From: Longimicrobiales bacterium
GTDB lineage: Bacteria; Gemmatimonadota; Gemmatimonadetes; Longimicrobiales; Gaopeijiaceae
NCBI GenBank assembly: GCA_963664435.2
Contig: CAXXKM010000003.1
Coordinates: forward strand, 128,001 to 192,000
Direction of reading: 5' to 3'
Length of the DNA: 64,000 bases
Shown: positions 18,863 to 29,427 of the stretch, one piece after another
Numbering within the stretch: the first letter of the stretch is position 1
Layout of the letters: each line of letters starts with the position of its first letter
The notes under the pieces: generated by a model
Databases searched by the model: none
What the model saw: the letters and a program-made list of their open reading frames with translations, nothing else
What the model was told of the DNA's origin: nothing
Made by a program: the position numbers and the translations under genes

Positions 18863-20052
18863 GCCACCACGGGAGGATTGAAGCGCTTGCGCATGCGATC
18901 GGTCAGGACGGGACCGAGATAGATCTCGGCCACTTCGTCGTTCCAGACCAGTTCGGAGACCGTGCCGACGACCCGGATGCGACCCTCGTGCATGATGTAG
19001 GCGCGGTCGACGATCTCCAGCGTCTGTTCCACGCTGTGGTCCGAAATGATCACCCCGATGCCGCGGTGCCGCAGCCCGGCCACGATCTGCTGGATGTCGT
19101 TGACGGCGATGGGATCGATTCCGGCGAAGGGCTCGTCGAGAAGCATGAACTTGGGGCGCTGGACGAGCGCGCGGGTAATCTCCAGACGGCGCCGTTCCCC
19201 ACCGGAGAGCGAAAAGGCCTTCGAGTGGCGGAGGTGGCCGATGGAGAGCTCCGACAGCAGTTCGTCGAGGCGCTGCCTGCGCTCCGCGCGCGGAAGCGGA
19301 AGCGTCTCCAGGATCGCCATTACGTTCTGTTCGACGGTCAGGCGCCGGAAGATGGATGGCTCCTGGGCGAGATAACCGACCCCCAGCCGCGATCTCCTGT
19401 ACATGGGAACGCCGGTGAGCGCCCGGTCGTCCAGCCGCACCTCTCCCGCCTGGGGCGAGATCAGCCCGACCATCATGTAGAAGGTCGTGGTCTTGCCGGC
19501 GCCGTTCGGTCCGAGCAGCCCGACGATCTCCCCCTGCTCCACGGCGATGTCGACGTCGTTCACCACCTTCCGTCCGCCGTAGCTCTTGGTCAGCCCCGTC
19601 GCGACCAGCCGGCTGGCCGGCGGCGAGGCGCCGTTGTCCTCCGGTTCGCTGGCCAGAACGCCGAACTTGTGCTGCAGCACGACGGCCATCGCTTCGATGT
19701 TCTCCACCAGCTGGTCGCGTTCGCCGGCCAGCTCCCCCCACAGCTCGCCATCGATGGTCAGGCGCTCCCAGCCGTCTTCGCCGGGATCGCGGCGGGCCAT
19801 GCCGACGGCCTCCATCCGCCCGATCACCTGTTCCTCCAGGTAGCCCCCGAGTTCGCCGCCGCGCTCGCGCCAGGACGCCTTCAGGTGGAGTTCGAGCTCC
19901 TCGTACTGGCGGCGCACCGACGACACCCAGTCGTCCCGGTTCACGGATCCCGAATCGTCCGCGCCCCGGATCAACTCCAGGACCGCGACCGACACCGAGA
20001 CATCGTGCGGCTCGAGTTCCCGCATCAGTTCCAGAAAGCGTTCCAGCGTCAT
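18859..20052 (-). CDS. lptB: LPS export ABC ATPase LptB with ~145-aa N-terminal extension
   Basis: GPNGAGKTTTFYM, GYLAQEPSIFRRL, LSGGERRRLEI, LLDEPFAGIDP, YLG. Confidence 0.9.
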   Translation of the reverse strand: MTLERFLELMRELEPHDVSVSVAVLELIRGADDSGSVNRDDWVSSVRRQYEELELHLKASWRERGGELGGYLEEQVIGRMEAVGMARRDPGEDGWERLTIDGELWGELAGERDQLVENIEAMAVVLQHKFGVLASEPEDNGASPPASRLVATGLTKSYGGRKVVNDVDIAVEQGEIVGLLGPNGAGKTTTFYMMVGLISPQAGEVRLDDRALTGVPMYRRSRLGVGYLAQEPSIFRRLTVEQNVMAILETLPLPRAERRQRLDELLSELSIGHLRHSKAFSLSGGERRRLEITRALVQRPKFMLLDEPFAGIDPIAVNDIQQIVAGLRHRGIGVIISDHSVEQTLEIVDRAYIMHEGRIRVVGTVSELVWNDEVAEIYLGPVLTDRMRKRFNPPVVA

Positions 20053-20053
20053 T

Positions 20054-22387
20054 TCATCTCCGAGTGGCGGGGGATGCCGCGGTCGTGTCGGGGGGTGGGG
20101 CAGCGAGAGGCTCGAGCTGCACGCCGCGGGCGTTGCCTTCCACGATGACCGAGGTCACTTCGCCGTCCTGCATGAAGATAGTGATCAGGTCTCCCCGCAC
20201 GTAGTGAAGGGCGAGGCGGTTGTCCGGCTCCGGCTCTGCGGCCGCTTCTTCTCCCCCGGCCTCTCCCGCGGGTTCCTGCGCGTCCGGATCTTCCTCCGTT
20301 GCGGTCTCCTGCGGGGGCTCCCCGGAGATCTCCTCTTCGGCGGCTTCCTCCGCGGCTTCCTGTCGCGAGGCCTCGTCGCCGACGTTCTCCGCGAGGATTT
20401 CCTCTCCGGGGTTCTGCTGCGCCGGATCCGCGGCGTCTTCCGGCGCGACTTCCTCCCCTTCGCCTTCCCCTGCATCCTCTTCGTCCTCGCCTGCCGCTCC
20501 TTCTTCCCCTTCCGCGGCGTCGCCGCCCGAGGGAGTCATGCGGTAGAGGCTCGCCGCGTCGCCGCGAGCTTCCAGCTGATCGAGCTGGTAGCCGCCGGCC
20601 GGCTGGCCCTCCTCCGGTCCGGTGCCGGCTTCCGCGGTCGTGTCGGCGGCCACGGGCCGGAAGGTGGCGATGATGGTGTCGCCGGAGACCCAGTCCGAGC
20701 GCGCGATCTCCGGCGTGTCTTCGGTGTTGAGCGAATCGCGAGCGAGCGACTCGCCGCGCGCATTGCCCACGGCGACCACGCGCTCGAGCAGCTCGTTGGG
20801 GGCCAGGACGTCGATGGAATCCCCTTCCAGTTCGAACGTCTCGGCCACCGCGCGGGGCCGGGCAGGAGGAAGCGCGGCGGCTGAATCACCGGTCTCCCCC
20901 GAGGTTGCGGGCGGCGCACCCGCTGCTCCGGGCGCCGGTTCCTCGCCGAGCGGGATCGCTTCCTCGAGCACCAGGTCGGCGGGCTCGGTCCGGGCGTCGC
21001 CGCCGGCCTGCTCCGACGGCCCGGTTGCGGCGTCTGTCGCAGCTTCATCCGCGGGCGCTTCCCCCGCGGCTTCGGCGGTCGTGTCCGCCGGCGTCTCCCC
21101 GGCGGCGGCCACGATGGCTGCCGAGTCCCCGCCGAGGATGTCGACGTCGCCGGCAGGCGCGGGCTCGGGCGGCCGCTCGTTCATGGCCACGATGCGATCC
21201 AGCACGCCGTCCCGCATCAATACCCGGATTTCGGGCGCGGTCAGGTCGATCTCGCTCCCCGAGAGTGCGGCGTCACCGCGCGCTGCGACCTGGCTGCCGT
21301 CCATGTCCAGATCCACCGCGTCACCGCTCAGCACGTATTCGGCACCGTATCCGAAAACGCGCGGCGCCGTACCCCGCAGAAAGAGCTTGCCGGCGGCTTC
21401 CCGGTACTCGATGGAATCCGCGAGCGCGCGAAACTCATCGTTGTAGAGCTCCGCGTTGCCGGTGGCCAGCATGTAGTCCGCGCCGTTCAGATAGATGCGC
21501 TCGGCATCGATGTCATAGGGGACGGGCGTTGTGTCGGGGGGTGGTGGGTCGGGGCGTGCAACCTCTACTTCGTCGGTCTCGACGGCCGTCGAGTCGACCG
21601 GAGCGGCGAGGGAGTCCACGGCGACCTGGGTGGAGTCGGTCGGGGTGGTGGACTCCTCCCGGGCTTGCACGGCGGCACCGGGGGCAGCAACCGTGGAATC
21701 TCCGGCGAGCGCCGGGTCGCCCACGGCGGTCGTGTCGGATGGCGTTTCGGTCGAGTCCGCGGCTTCTGCCGAATCGCTCTCCGTGGCTGCGGAATCCCCC
21801 GGAGCTTCGGTCGAGTCCGCAGCCTCCGTCGAATCGCTCTCCACCCCGAGGGAGTCCGACGGGACCCGGGCCGAATCCGGCGCGGCCGGCGGTGGCGACA
21901 CCAGAATGACCGCGTGCGCCCGCCGCCCGTCCCGGCCCATGATGGTTATTTCTCCATCCTCGCGGCGGGAGCTGGAGCCGACCAGAACGGTGCTGTCGCC
22001 CTCGAAGGTGGCGCCCGAGACCTCATCGATGATGTGGACGTTGCCGACTCCGATCAGCCGGCCCTCGGAGGCGAAATGGTCGGCGCGGTCCGCGGTCATC
22101 AACGCCGTCGAGTCGCGGTACTCGAAGTTGCCGACGAAGCGGGTGTAGCCCGAGACGTCATCGAGCACGGCGCTGTCCGCGCGGATGATGACGCCCTCTC
22201 CGCAACCGAACACCGGGGCCGAGATGAAGTTGAAGAAACCGTCCCGCGTCAGCTGGACGGTCGAGGAACGCGACTGGAGCAGGTCGCAGGTGTCCTGCGC
22301 CGCGACGCCCGTCGTCAGGCACAGGGCCGAGCCCGCCATCAGGGCCGCCAGAACCGGGAAGCGGCGCAATTCAGGGCCCTCCGCCAC
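20054..22387 (-). CDS. Long OstA/LptA-like periplasmic protein with acidic low-complexity linkers
   Basis: Lies between lptC and lptB; signal peptide; repeated jellyroll-type motifs (ADSA, GNV, ARGDA, AVGNA, GDTI, EGNARG). Confidence 0.75.
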   Translation of the reverse strand: MAEGPELRRFPVLAALMAGSALCLTTGVAAQDTCDLLQSRSSTVQLTRDGFFNFISAPVFGCGEGVIIRADSAVLDDVSGYTRFVGNFEYRDSTALMTADRADHFASEGRLIGVGNVHIIDEVSGATFEGDSTVLVGSSSRREDGEITIMGRDGRRAHAVILVSPPPAAPDSARVPSDSLGVESDSTEAADSTEAPGDSAATESDSAEAADSTETPSDTTAVGDPALAGDSTVAAPGAAVQAREESTTPTDSTQVAVDSLAAPVDSTAVETDEVEVARPDPPPPDTTPVPYDIDAERIYLNGADYMLATGNAELYNDEFRALADSIEYREAAGKLFLRGTAPRVFGYGAEYVLSGDAVDLDMDGSQVAARGDAALSGSEIDLTAPEIRVLMRDGVLDRIVAMNERPPEPAPAGDVDILGGDSAAIVAAAGETPADTTAEAAGEAPADEAATDAATGPSEQAGGDARTEPADLVLEEAIPLGEEPAPGAAGAPPATSGETGDSAAALPPARPRAVAETFELEGDSIDVLAPNELLERVVAVGNARGESLARDSLNTEDTPEIARSDWVSGDTIIATFRPVAADTTAEAGTGPEEGQPAGGYQLDQLEARGDAASLYRMTPSGGDAAEGEEGAAGEDEEDAGEGEGEEVAPEDAADPAQQNPGEEILAENVGDEASRQEAAEEAAEEEISGEPPQETATEEDPDAQEPAGEAGGEEAAAEPEPDNRLALHYVRGDLITIFMQDGEVTSVIVEGNARGVQLEPLAAPPPDTTAASPATRR
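21746..21842 (-). repeat. Imperfect 60-bp (20-aa) in-frame duplication in the LptA-like linker
   Basis: ESDSTEAADSTEAPGDSAAT followed by ESDSAEAADSTETPSDTTAV. Confidence 0.8.
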
Positions 22388-22919
22388 TCCGCGTTCGCTG
22401 ATTCTGAATGAAGATGTTCTCGAAGTTGGCGTCGGACAGGAACGCTGATCCCTCGACCACCCGGCCCCCTTCCGTCATCGTCATGATCGTGGTCGAGTCG
22501 CTCCAGATGCGGTCCCTCTGGGGCTCGTAGTGGATCTCCGCGCTCTCGATGCGCCGGTCCGCCATTACGAGAACGGCGTCGCCGCGCGCGACCATGAGCT
22601 GGGTGTCCTCGTTCATCAACCCGGTCCGGGAGGTTACGCGCGCCCGCTCCTCCCCGGCTTCGTCGTACATGATCAGGTTCACCGTGCGCATCGCCACGGA
22701 CGTCGAGTCCTGCCAGATATAGGCGGTGTCGGCCTGGATGCGGGCCTCGCGGATTCCGTCCACCGTGACATGGGTCACGATGTCGAAGAGCACCTGGTCG
22801 GCCTGGAGGGCGCGCAACTCCTCGGGGAGCGGCGTCGTCGCCACCTGCTCCTCGCACCCCGCGGTCGCCATCACCGCGAAAGTCACCAGTACCGCCATCT
22901 TCCTGTTTTTCAACATCAT
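22371..22919 (-). CDS. lptC: LPS export periplasmic protein LptC (lipoprotein-type anchor)
   Basis: Position kdsD-lptC-lptA; ARGDAVL, IESAEIHY, RIWSDS; lipobox TAGC. Confidence 0.8.
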   Translation of the reverse strand: MMLKNRKMAVLVTFAVMATAGCEEQVATTPLPEELRALQADQVLFDIVTHVTVDGIREARIQADTAYIWQDSTSVAMRTVNLIMYDEAGEERARVTSRTGLMNEDTQLMVARGDAVLVMADRRIESAEIHYEPQRDRIWSDSTTIMTMTEGGRVVEGSAFLSDANFENIFIQNQRTRSGGGP

Positions 22920-23971
22920 AGAACTCCCGATCTCATCAAGTCATGGAGGTGCACGACGCCGCGCAGCCGGTCCCTCGCGTCCACCACGGGCAATGCCATG
23001 ACCCCGTGCTCCTCCATCTCCCGGGCGGATGCCGAGGCCAGGGTGCCCAGCCGGGCCAGCCTGGGCTCGGGGCTCATGATGGCGCGGATCGGAATATGAA
23101 GGAAATCCGGTTCGCGCTCCATAAGGCGCGTGAGATCCCCGGCGGTGACGACGCCCACGACCCTGTCCCGTTCGTCCACGATGGGCACGGTGCCGCGCAT
23201 GTGCGCGAGCGGCACGATGCAGTCGCGCACGAGCGCGTCCTCGAGAAGGGACGGATACCCTTCCCCGACCATCACTTCTTCGACCCGAAGCGTGAGCCTG
23301 CGGCCGAGAGCGCCGCCCGGATGCAGGCGGGCGAAATCCGCGGGTTCGAAGCCCCGGCGCCGCAGCAGGACGATCGCCAGCGCGTCGCCCATCGCCATGG
23401 CGGCGGTGGTGGAGGTGGTGGGCGCCAGATCCAGCGGGCAGGCTTCCTCGGCCACCGAGCAGTCGAGGACCGCGGTAGCGTGCCGGGCCAGCGGCGCGCG
23501 CGGATTTCCGGTTATCAGGACGATGGGCACGCCGTAGCGCAGCAGGTACCCGGCGAGCCGGGCGAGTTCCTCGGTGTCGCCGCTCTTGGAGACCAGGACG
23601 GCGACGTCCTGGCGGGAGACGACGCCCAGGTCCCCGTGAAGCCCCTCCACCGGGTGCAGGAAGGAGGCGGACGTGCCGGTGGAGGTCAGCGTAGCCGCGA
23701 TCTTGCGCCCGACGATGCCGCTCTTGCCGACGCCCGAGACGATGACCCGGCCGGACGCGGCCAGCACGGTCTCGACCGCGTCGACGAAGGTCCGGTCGAT
23801 GCGTTCCGCCAGGTGGAGGAGCGCGCCGCCCTCCGCGCGCAGCACCCGGGCTGCTTCGGCGATGGCGGAGGCGGCCGCGCCGGCGTCTTCCCCCGGCGAG
23901 GACGGCGAGCGCGTACGGGTCCCGCCCGCGTCAGCCTTTCCGGCCGCGCGCGTCTTCGGCGGGGACGTCAT
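22916..23971 (-). CDS. kdsD: KpsF/GutQ arabinose-5-phosphate isomerase with CBS pair
   Basis: GVGKSG, STGT, HGDLG, SKSGDT, APTTSTTA, HPGGALG; start uncertain. Confidence 0.9.
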   Translation of the reverse strand: MTSPPKTRAAGKADAGGTRTRSPSSPGEDAGAAASAIAEAARVLRAEGGALLHLAERIDRTFVDAVETVLAASGRVIVSGVGKSGIVGRKIAATLTSTGTSASFLHPVEGLHGDLGVVSRQDVAVLVSKSGDTEELARLAGYLLRYGVPIVLITGNPRAPLARHATAVLDCSVAEEACPLDLAPTTSTTAAMAMGDALAIVLLRRRGFEPADFARLHPGGALGRRLTLRVEEVMVGEGYPSLLEDALVRDCIVPLAHMRGTVPIVDERDRVVGVVTAGDLTRLMEREPDFLHIPIRAIMSPEPRLARLGTLASASAREMEEHGVMALPVVDARDRLRGVVHLHDLMRSGVL

Positions 23972-24533
23972 CGCTCCTTGCATCGCAATAACCCTGGACC
24001 ACGTTTTCCCATTCATCTCGCGCAATCAGCAGGGCGCGCACGAATTCCCGAACGGCTCCCCTGCCCCCCTGCGCCCGCGTCTGCCAGATCGCGTCCCGCA
24101 CCAGCTCCGGAGTGGCGTTCCCGACCGCCACCGGCAGTCCTGCTCGCCGAAAGACCGGAAGGTCGGGCAGGTCGTCCGCAAGCATGGCGACTTCGTCCCA
24201 TGAAACCCCGTTGCGTGCAAGCAAGTTTCGTACCACGGGCATCTTCATCGCGCCGGGCACCTGATGGCATTCCTCGATGCCGAGTTCCCGGGCGCGCAGC
24301 GCGGTCGCCGCCGACACCCGGCCCGACACCAGCGCCACCCGCATCCCGGTTTCCATGAGAAGCTTGATCGCCAGGCCGTCCTGGATGTCGAAGCGCTTGA
24401 GCTCCACCGGCGACCCGTCCGGCAGCTCGCCCAGGTAGACGCCGGCGTCGGTAAGCACCCCGTCCACGTCGAAGATGACGAGTTTCACCCGGCGCGCGGC
24501 CTCGAGGGGGAATTCCCTGCCCGGTCCCGTCAT
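23931..24533 (-). CDS. kdsC: KDO-8-phosphate phosphatase (HAD)
   Basis: FDVDGVLTD, FDIQDG, DDLPDL, GGRGAVRE. Confidence 0.9.
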   Translation of the reverse strand: MTGPGREFPLEAARRVKLVIFDVDGVLTDAGVYLGELPDGSPVELKRFDIQDGLAIKLLMETGMRVALVSGRVSAATALRARELGIEECHQVPGAMKMPVVRNLLARNGVSWDEVAMLADDLPDLPVFRRAGLPVAVGNATPELVRDAIWQTRAQGGRGAVREFVRALLIARDEWENVVQGYCDARSDDVPAEDARGRKG

Positions 24534-25312
24534 GAGAGGGCTCGGCGGATGGCGAGCACGTCTTCCACCAGCGGGGCAAGCGCCTCGAGTTCGAGCATGT
24601 TGGAGGAATCCGACGGAGCTGTCGCGGGAGCCGGATGCACCTCGAGGAAGAGCCCGTCGCAGCCGGCCGCGACGGCCGCCCGCACCAGGCACGCGATGAA
24701 TTCGGGGTTGCCGCCCGTGCCTCCGCCGGCCCGTCCCTGGCGCTGCACGGAGTGGGTGCCGTCGAAAACGACCGGCGCGCCGCAGGCGCTTCGCACCCGG
24801 GCGAAGGAGCGCATGTCCACGATCTGGTCTCCGTAGCCGAAGAAGGTGCCCCGCTCGGTCACGGCCACCTCCCCCGCTCCCGCGGCGCGCGCCTTGTGCA
24901 CGGCGTGCGCCATCTGCTCGGGAGACATCCACTGCCCCTTCTTGATGTTGATCGCCGAGCCGGTGCGCCCGGCGGCGGTCAGCAGGTCGGTCTGCCGGCA
25001 GAGGAAGGCCGGGATCTGAAGTACATCGGCGACTCCCGCGGTGGGCGCCGCCTGCGCCGGTTCGTGGATGTCGGTGAGCACCGCGAGGCCGCAGCCCGCC
25101 CTGACCCGCTCCAGCGCCCGCAGGCCCTCCTCCAGCCCCGGTCCCCGCGCCGATGCCAGCTTCGAGCGGTTGGCCTTGTCGAAGGAGGACTTGAAGAGCA
25201 CCGGAAGACGATGCCGGGCGGAGAGGGATGCCAGCTCCTCCCCCACCGTGAGATTCACGTCGTCGTCCTCCAGCACGCAGGGGCCCGCGATGAGGAAGAA
25301 GTTCTCAAACAC
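24530..25312 (-). CDS. kdsA: KDO-8-phosphate synthase
   Basis: IAGPC, KSSFDKANRS, QIPAFLCRQTDL, KKGQ, ERG, DGTHSVQ; GTG start. Confidence 0.95.
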   Translation of the reverse strand: MFENFFLIAGPCVLEDDDVNLTVGEELASLSARHRLPVLFKSSFDKANRSKLASARGPGLEEGLRALERVRAGCGLAVLTDIHEPAQAAPTAGVADVLQIPAFLCRQTDLLTAAGRTGSAINIKKGQWMSPEQMAHAVHKARAAGAGEVAVTERGTFFGYGDQIVDMRSFARVRSACGAPVVFDGTHSVQRQGRAGGGTGGNPEFIACLVRAAVAAGCDGLFLEVHPAPATAPSDSSNMLELEALAPLVEDVLAIRRALS

Positions 25313-25324
25313 CGCTGGCGTCCT

Positions 25325-27787
<2,463 letters not shown>

Positions 27788-27979
27788 TCATGCTGAAGAG
27801 ACGGCCTCCCGGTTCACGCCGGTTCCATCCGGTCCGCCGGACGTCGTTCGTTCCACGTCCGGTCCCTCCGCCAACAGGATGCAAGATAGCGGGCGGGGCG
27901 GGATAACTCCAGAAGAGGGAAGCCGGCGGATTGATCTACTGATCCGCTTACTGACATCTAGTGGCGACTACTGACAACT

Positions 27980-28008
27980 TTCGGTGCGAATCCCGAACCG
28001 GGGAGCCA
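27980..28008 (+). other. tRNA-3'-end-like fragment (T-arm + CCGGGGA-G-CCA), possible att scar
   Basis: TTCGG-TGCGAATC-CCGAA-CCGGGGAGCCA; no 5' half found upstream. Confidence 0.35.
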
Positions 28009-28011
28009 TGA

Positions 28012-29232
28012 TCAGGGTTCGGGCGTTTCCAGGCGATAGGCCTGGAGCGAGGGCACATCGAAGTCGTCGTGGGAAACCACGTAGATCCTGTTGTCCCTCA
28101 CTGCCTGAAGAAGATGTTCCGCAGGGAGCAGGATGGATCCGGCGTGGGTCCCGTCGGGGGCAAAGGCGGCCCATTCCCACTCGCTGCTTCCGCCCGGGCC
28201 ACGGATCCCGATCCAGATGCGCTCCTCGTCGTCCGCTACCAGTCCGATGAGCGCCGGCCAGGTGTAGGGAGCGCCCGACCGGAGGACATCCGACAATGGC
28301 TCCCTCATTGCTTCGACTTCGCCCTGCAGCTCCGACGAGGTAACCGGGATCGGGGGTATCGGATAGGAGAAGGAGTGCACCGTGGTTCCTTCGAAGTCGA
28401 GAACCGTGACGGCGAGGGCCGCGGAGTTCGCATACACGATTCGGTCATCGCCGAGGATGCGGACGAGTGACTCCCGTCCAAACGGATGATAGCCGACGCT
28501 CAGGAACCCCTCTCGCCGCACCACCAGGCGCTCGCTGTCGGGCACGGTCGCGAGCGTGTCGGCGATCACCTCGGCGGATTCGTCGAACGCCAGGAGAACC
28601 TCCATCCGGCCCTGGTCGGCCACCTCCCCCTCCCCGGCGACGTAGGAAAGCCGGTCCACGGCGAAGTAGCGTCCCTGCCCGGGCAGCTTCCACAGATTGG
28701 CGACAATGCCTCGCTCCATATTCGGGGGAGGCATGGTTGTGATCAGCTCCAGGTTCTCCGGATCGAAGAGCGTGATCCGTCCCAGGCCGAAGTCGTAGAC
28801 CAGCAGGGTGTCCCCCGGAAGGATCTGCACCTGCCTGAACTCGAATTCACCGGGACCCGCTCCCTCTCGACCCACGGTCGTGACCAGTTCCAGCTCCGGG
28901 GTCAGAACGGTAATGCCGCCCTGCAGACGGTCGACCAGGAAGACGCGGCCCCGGGAATCCACGTCCACGTCAGCGATGGAGGCAAGGTAGAGGTCCGACG
29001 CGGACGCAGCTTCGGGGGTGACGTGCCACCACGATTCCGAGGTGGCCCATGGCCGCGGACCGGTCACGGCGACCCCATCACCCGTGGGTCCCCCATCAGG
29101 TGAATCGCCCGCGCATGCGGCCAGAGCAGTGGTGGCCAGGAGAACGATCACCAGCCGAAGAGTGAACGGACAGCCGCGAGCGTGAGGGACATCAGGCGCG
29201 GGGCCGCGGGCTCCGGTTGAAAGCATAGCCAT
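28012..29232 (-). CDS. 6-bladed beta-propeller (NHL-like) lipoprotein
   Basis: Lipobox LAAC; DVDVDSRGRVFLVD, VGREGAGPGEF, GDTLLVYD; GAGG RBS. Confidence 0.8.
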   Translation of the reverse strand: MAMLSTGARGPAPDVPHARGCPFTLRLVIVLLATTALAACAGDSPDGGPTGDGVAVTGPRPWATSESWWHVTPEAASASDLYLASIADVDVDSRGRVFLVDRLQGGITVLTPELELVTTVGREGAGPGEFEFRQVQILPGDTLLVYDFGLGRITLFDPENLELITTMPPPNMERGIVANLWKLPGQGRYFAVDRLSYVAGEGEVADQGRMEVLLAFDESAEVIADTLATVPDSERLVVRREGFLSVGYHPFGRESLVRILGDDRIVYANSAALAVTVLDFEGTTVHSFSYPIPPIPVTSSELQGEVEAMREPLSDVLRSGAPYTWPALIGLVADDEERIWIGIRGPGGSSEWEWAAFAPDGTHAGSILLPAEHLLQAVRDNRIYVVSHDDFDVPSLQAYRLETPEP

Positions 29233-29317
29233 GGTATCCTCGCTCGAAGGGCGTTCCGAGGTTCCCGCGCGCCACCATGCCTGACGCCACGCACCGGAGA
29301 AGTGTTTCCTCCTGTTA

Positions 29318-29333
29318 TGTTGACCATTCAACA
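29318..29333. promoter_or_regulatory. Perfect palindrome TGTTGA-N4-TCAACA, candidate operator
   Basis: AT-rich dyad between divergent genes. Confidence 0.45.
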
Positions 29334-29427
29334 GTTGTTCCGCGTGTCGACCGGGCGGATTGCCCGAGTCAGTCCCCGGCCTACCTTTGTGGCGTCGCCT
29401 CAGCAGCCATTCCCGCGGAGTCTCCCC

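Noticed and set aside
27930..28008. Intact tRNA gene
   Set aside because: No 5' acceptor strand, D-arm or anticodon arm; kept only as a possible fragment
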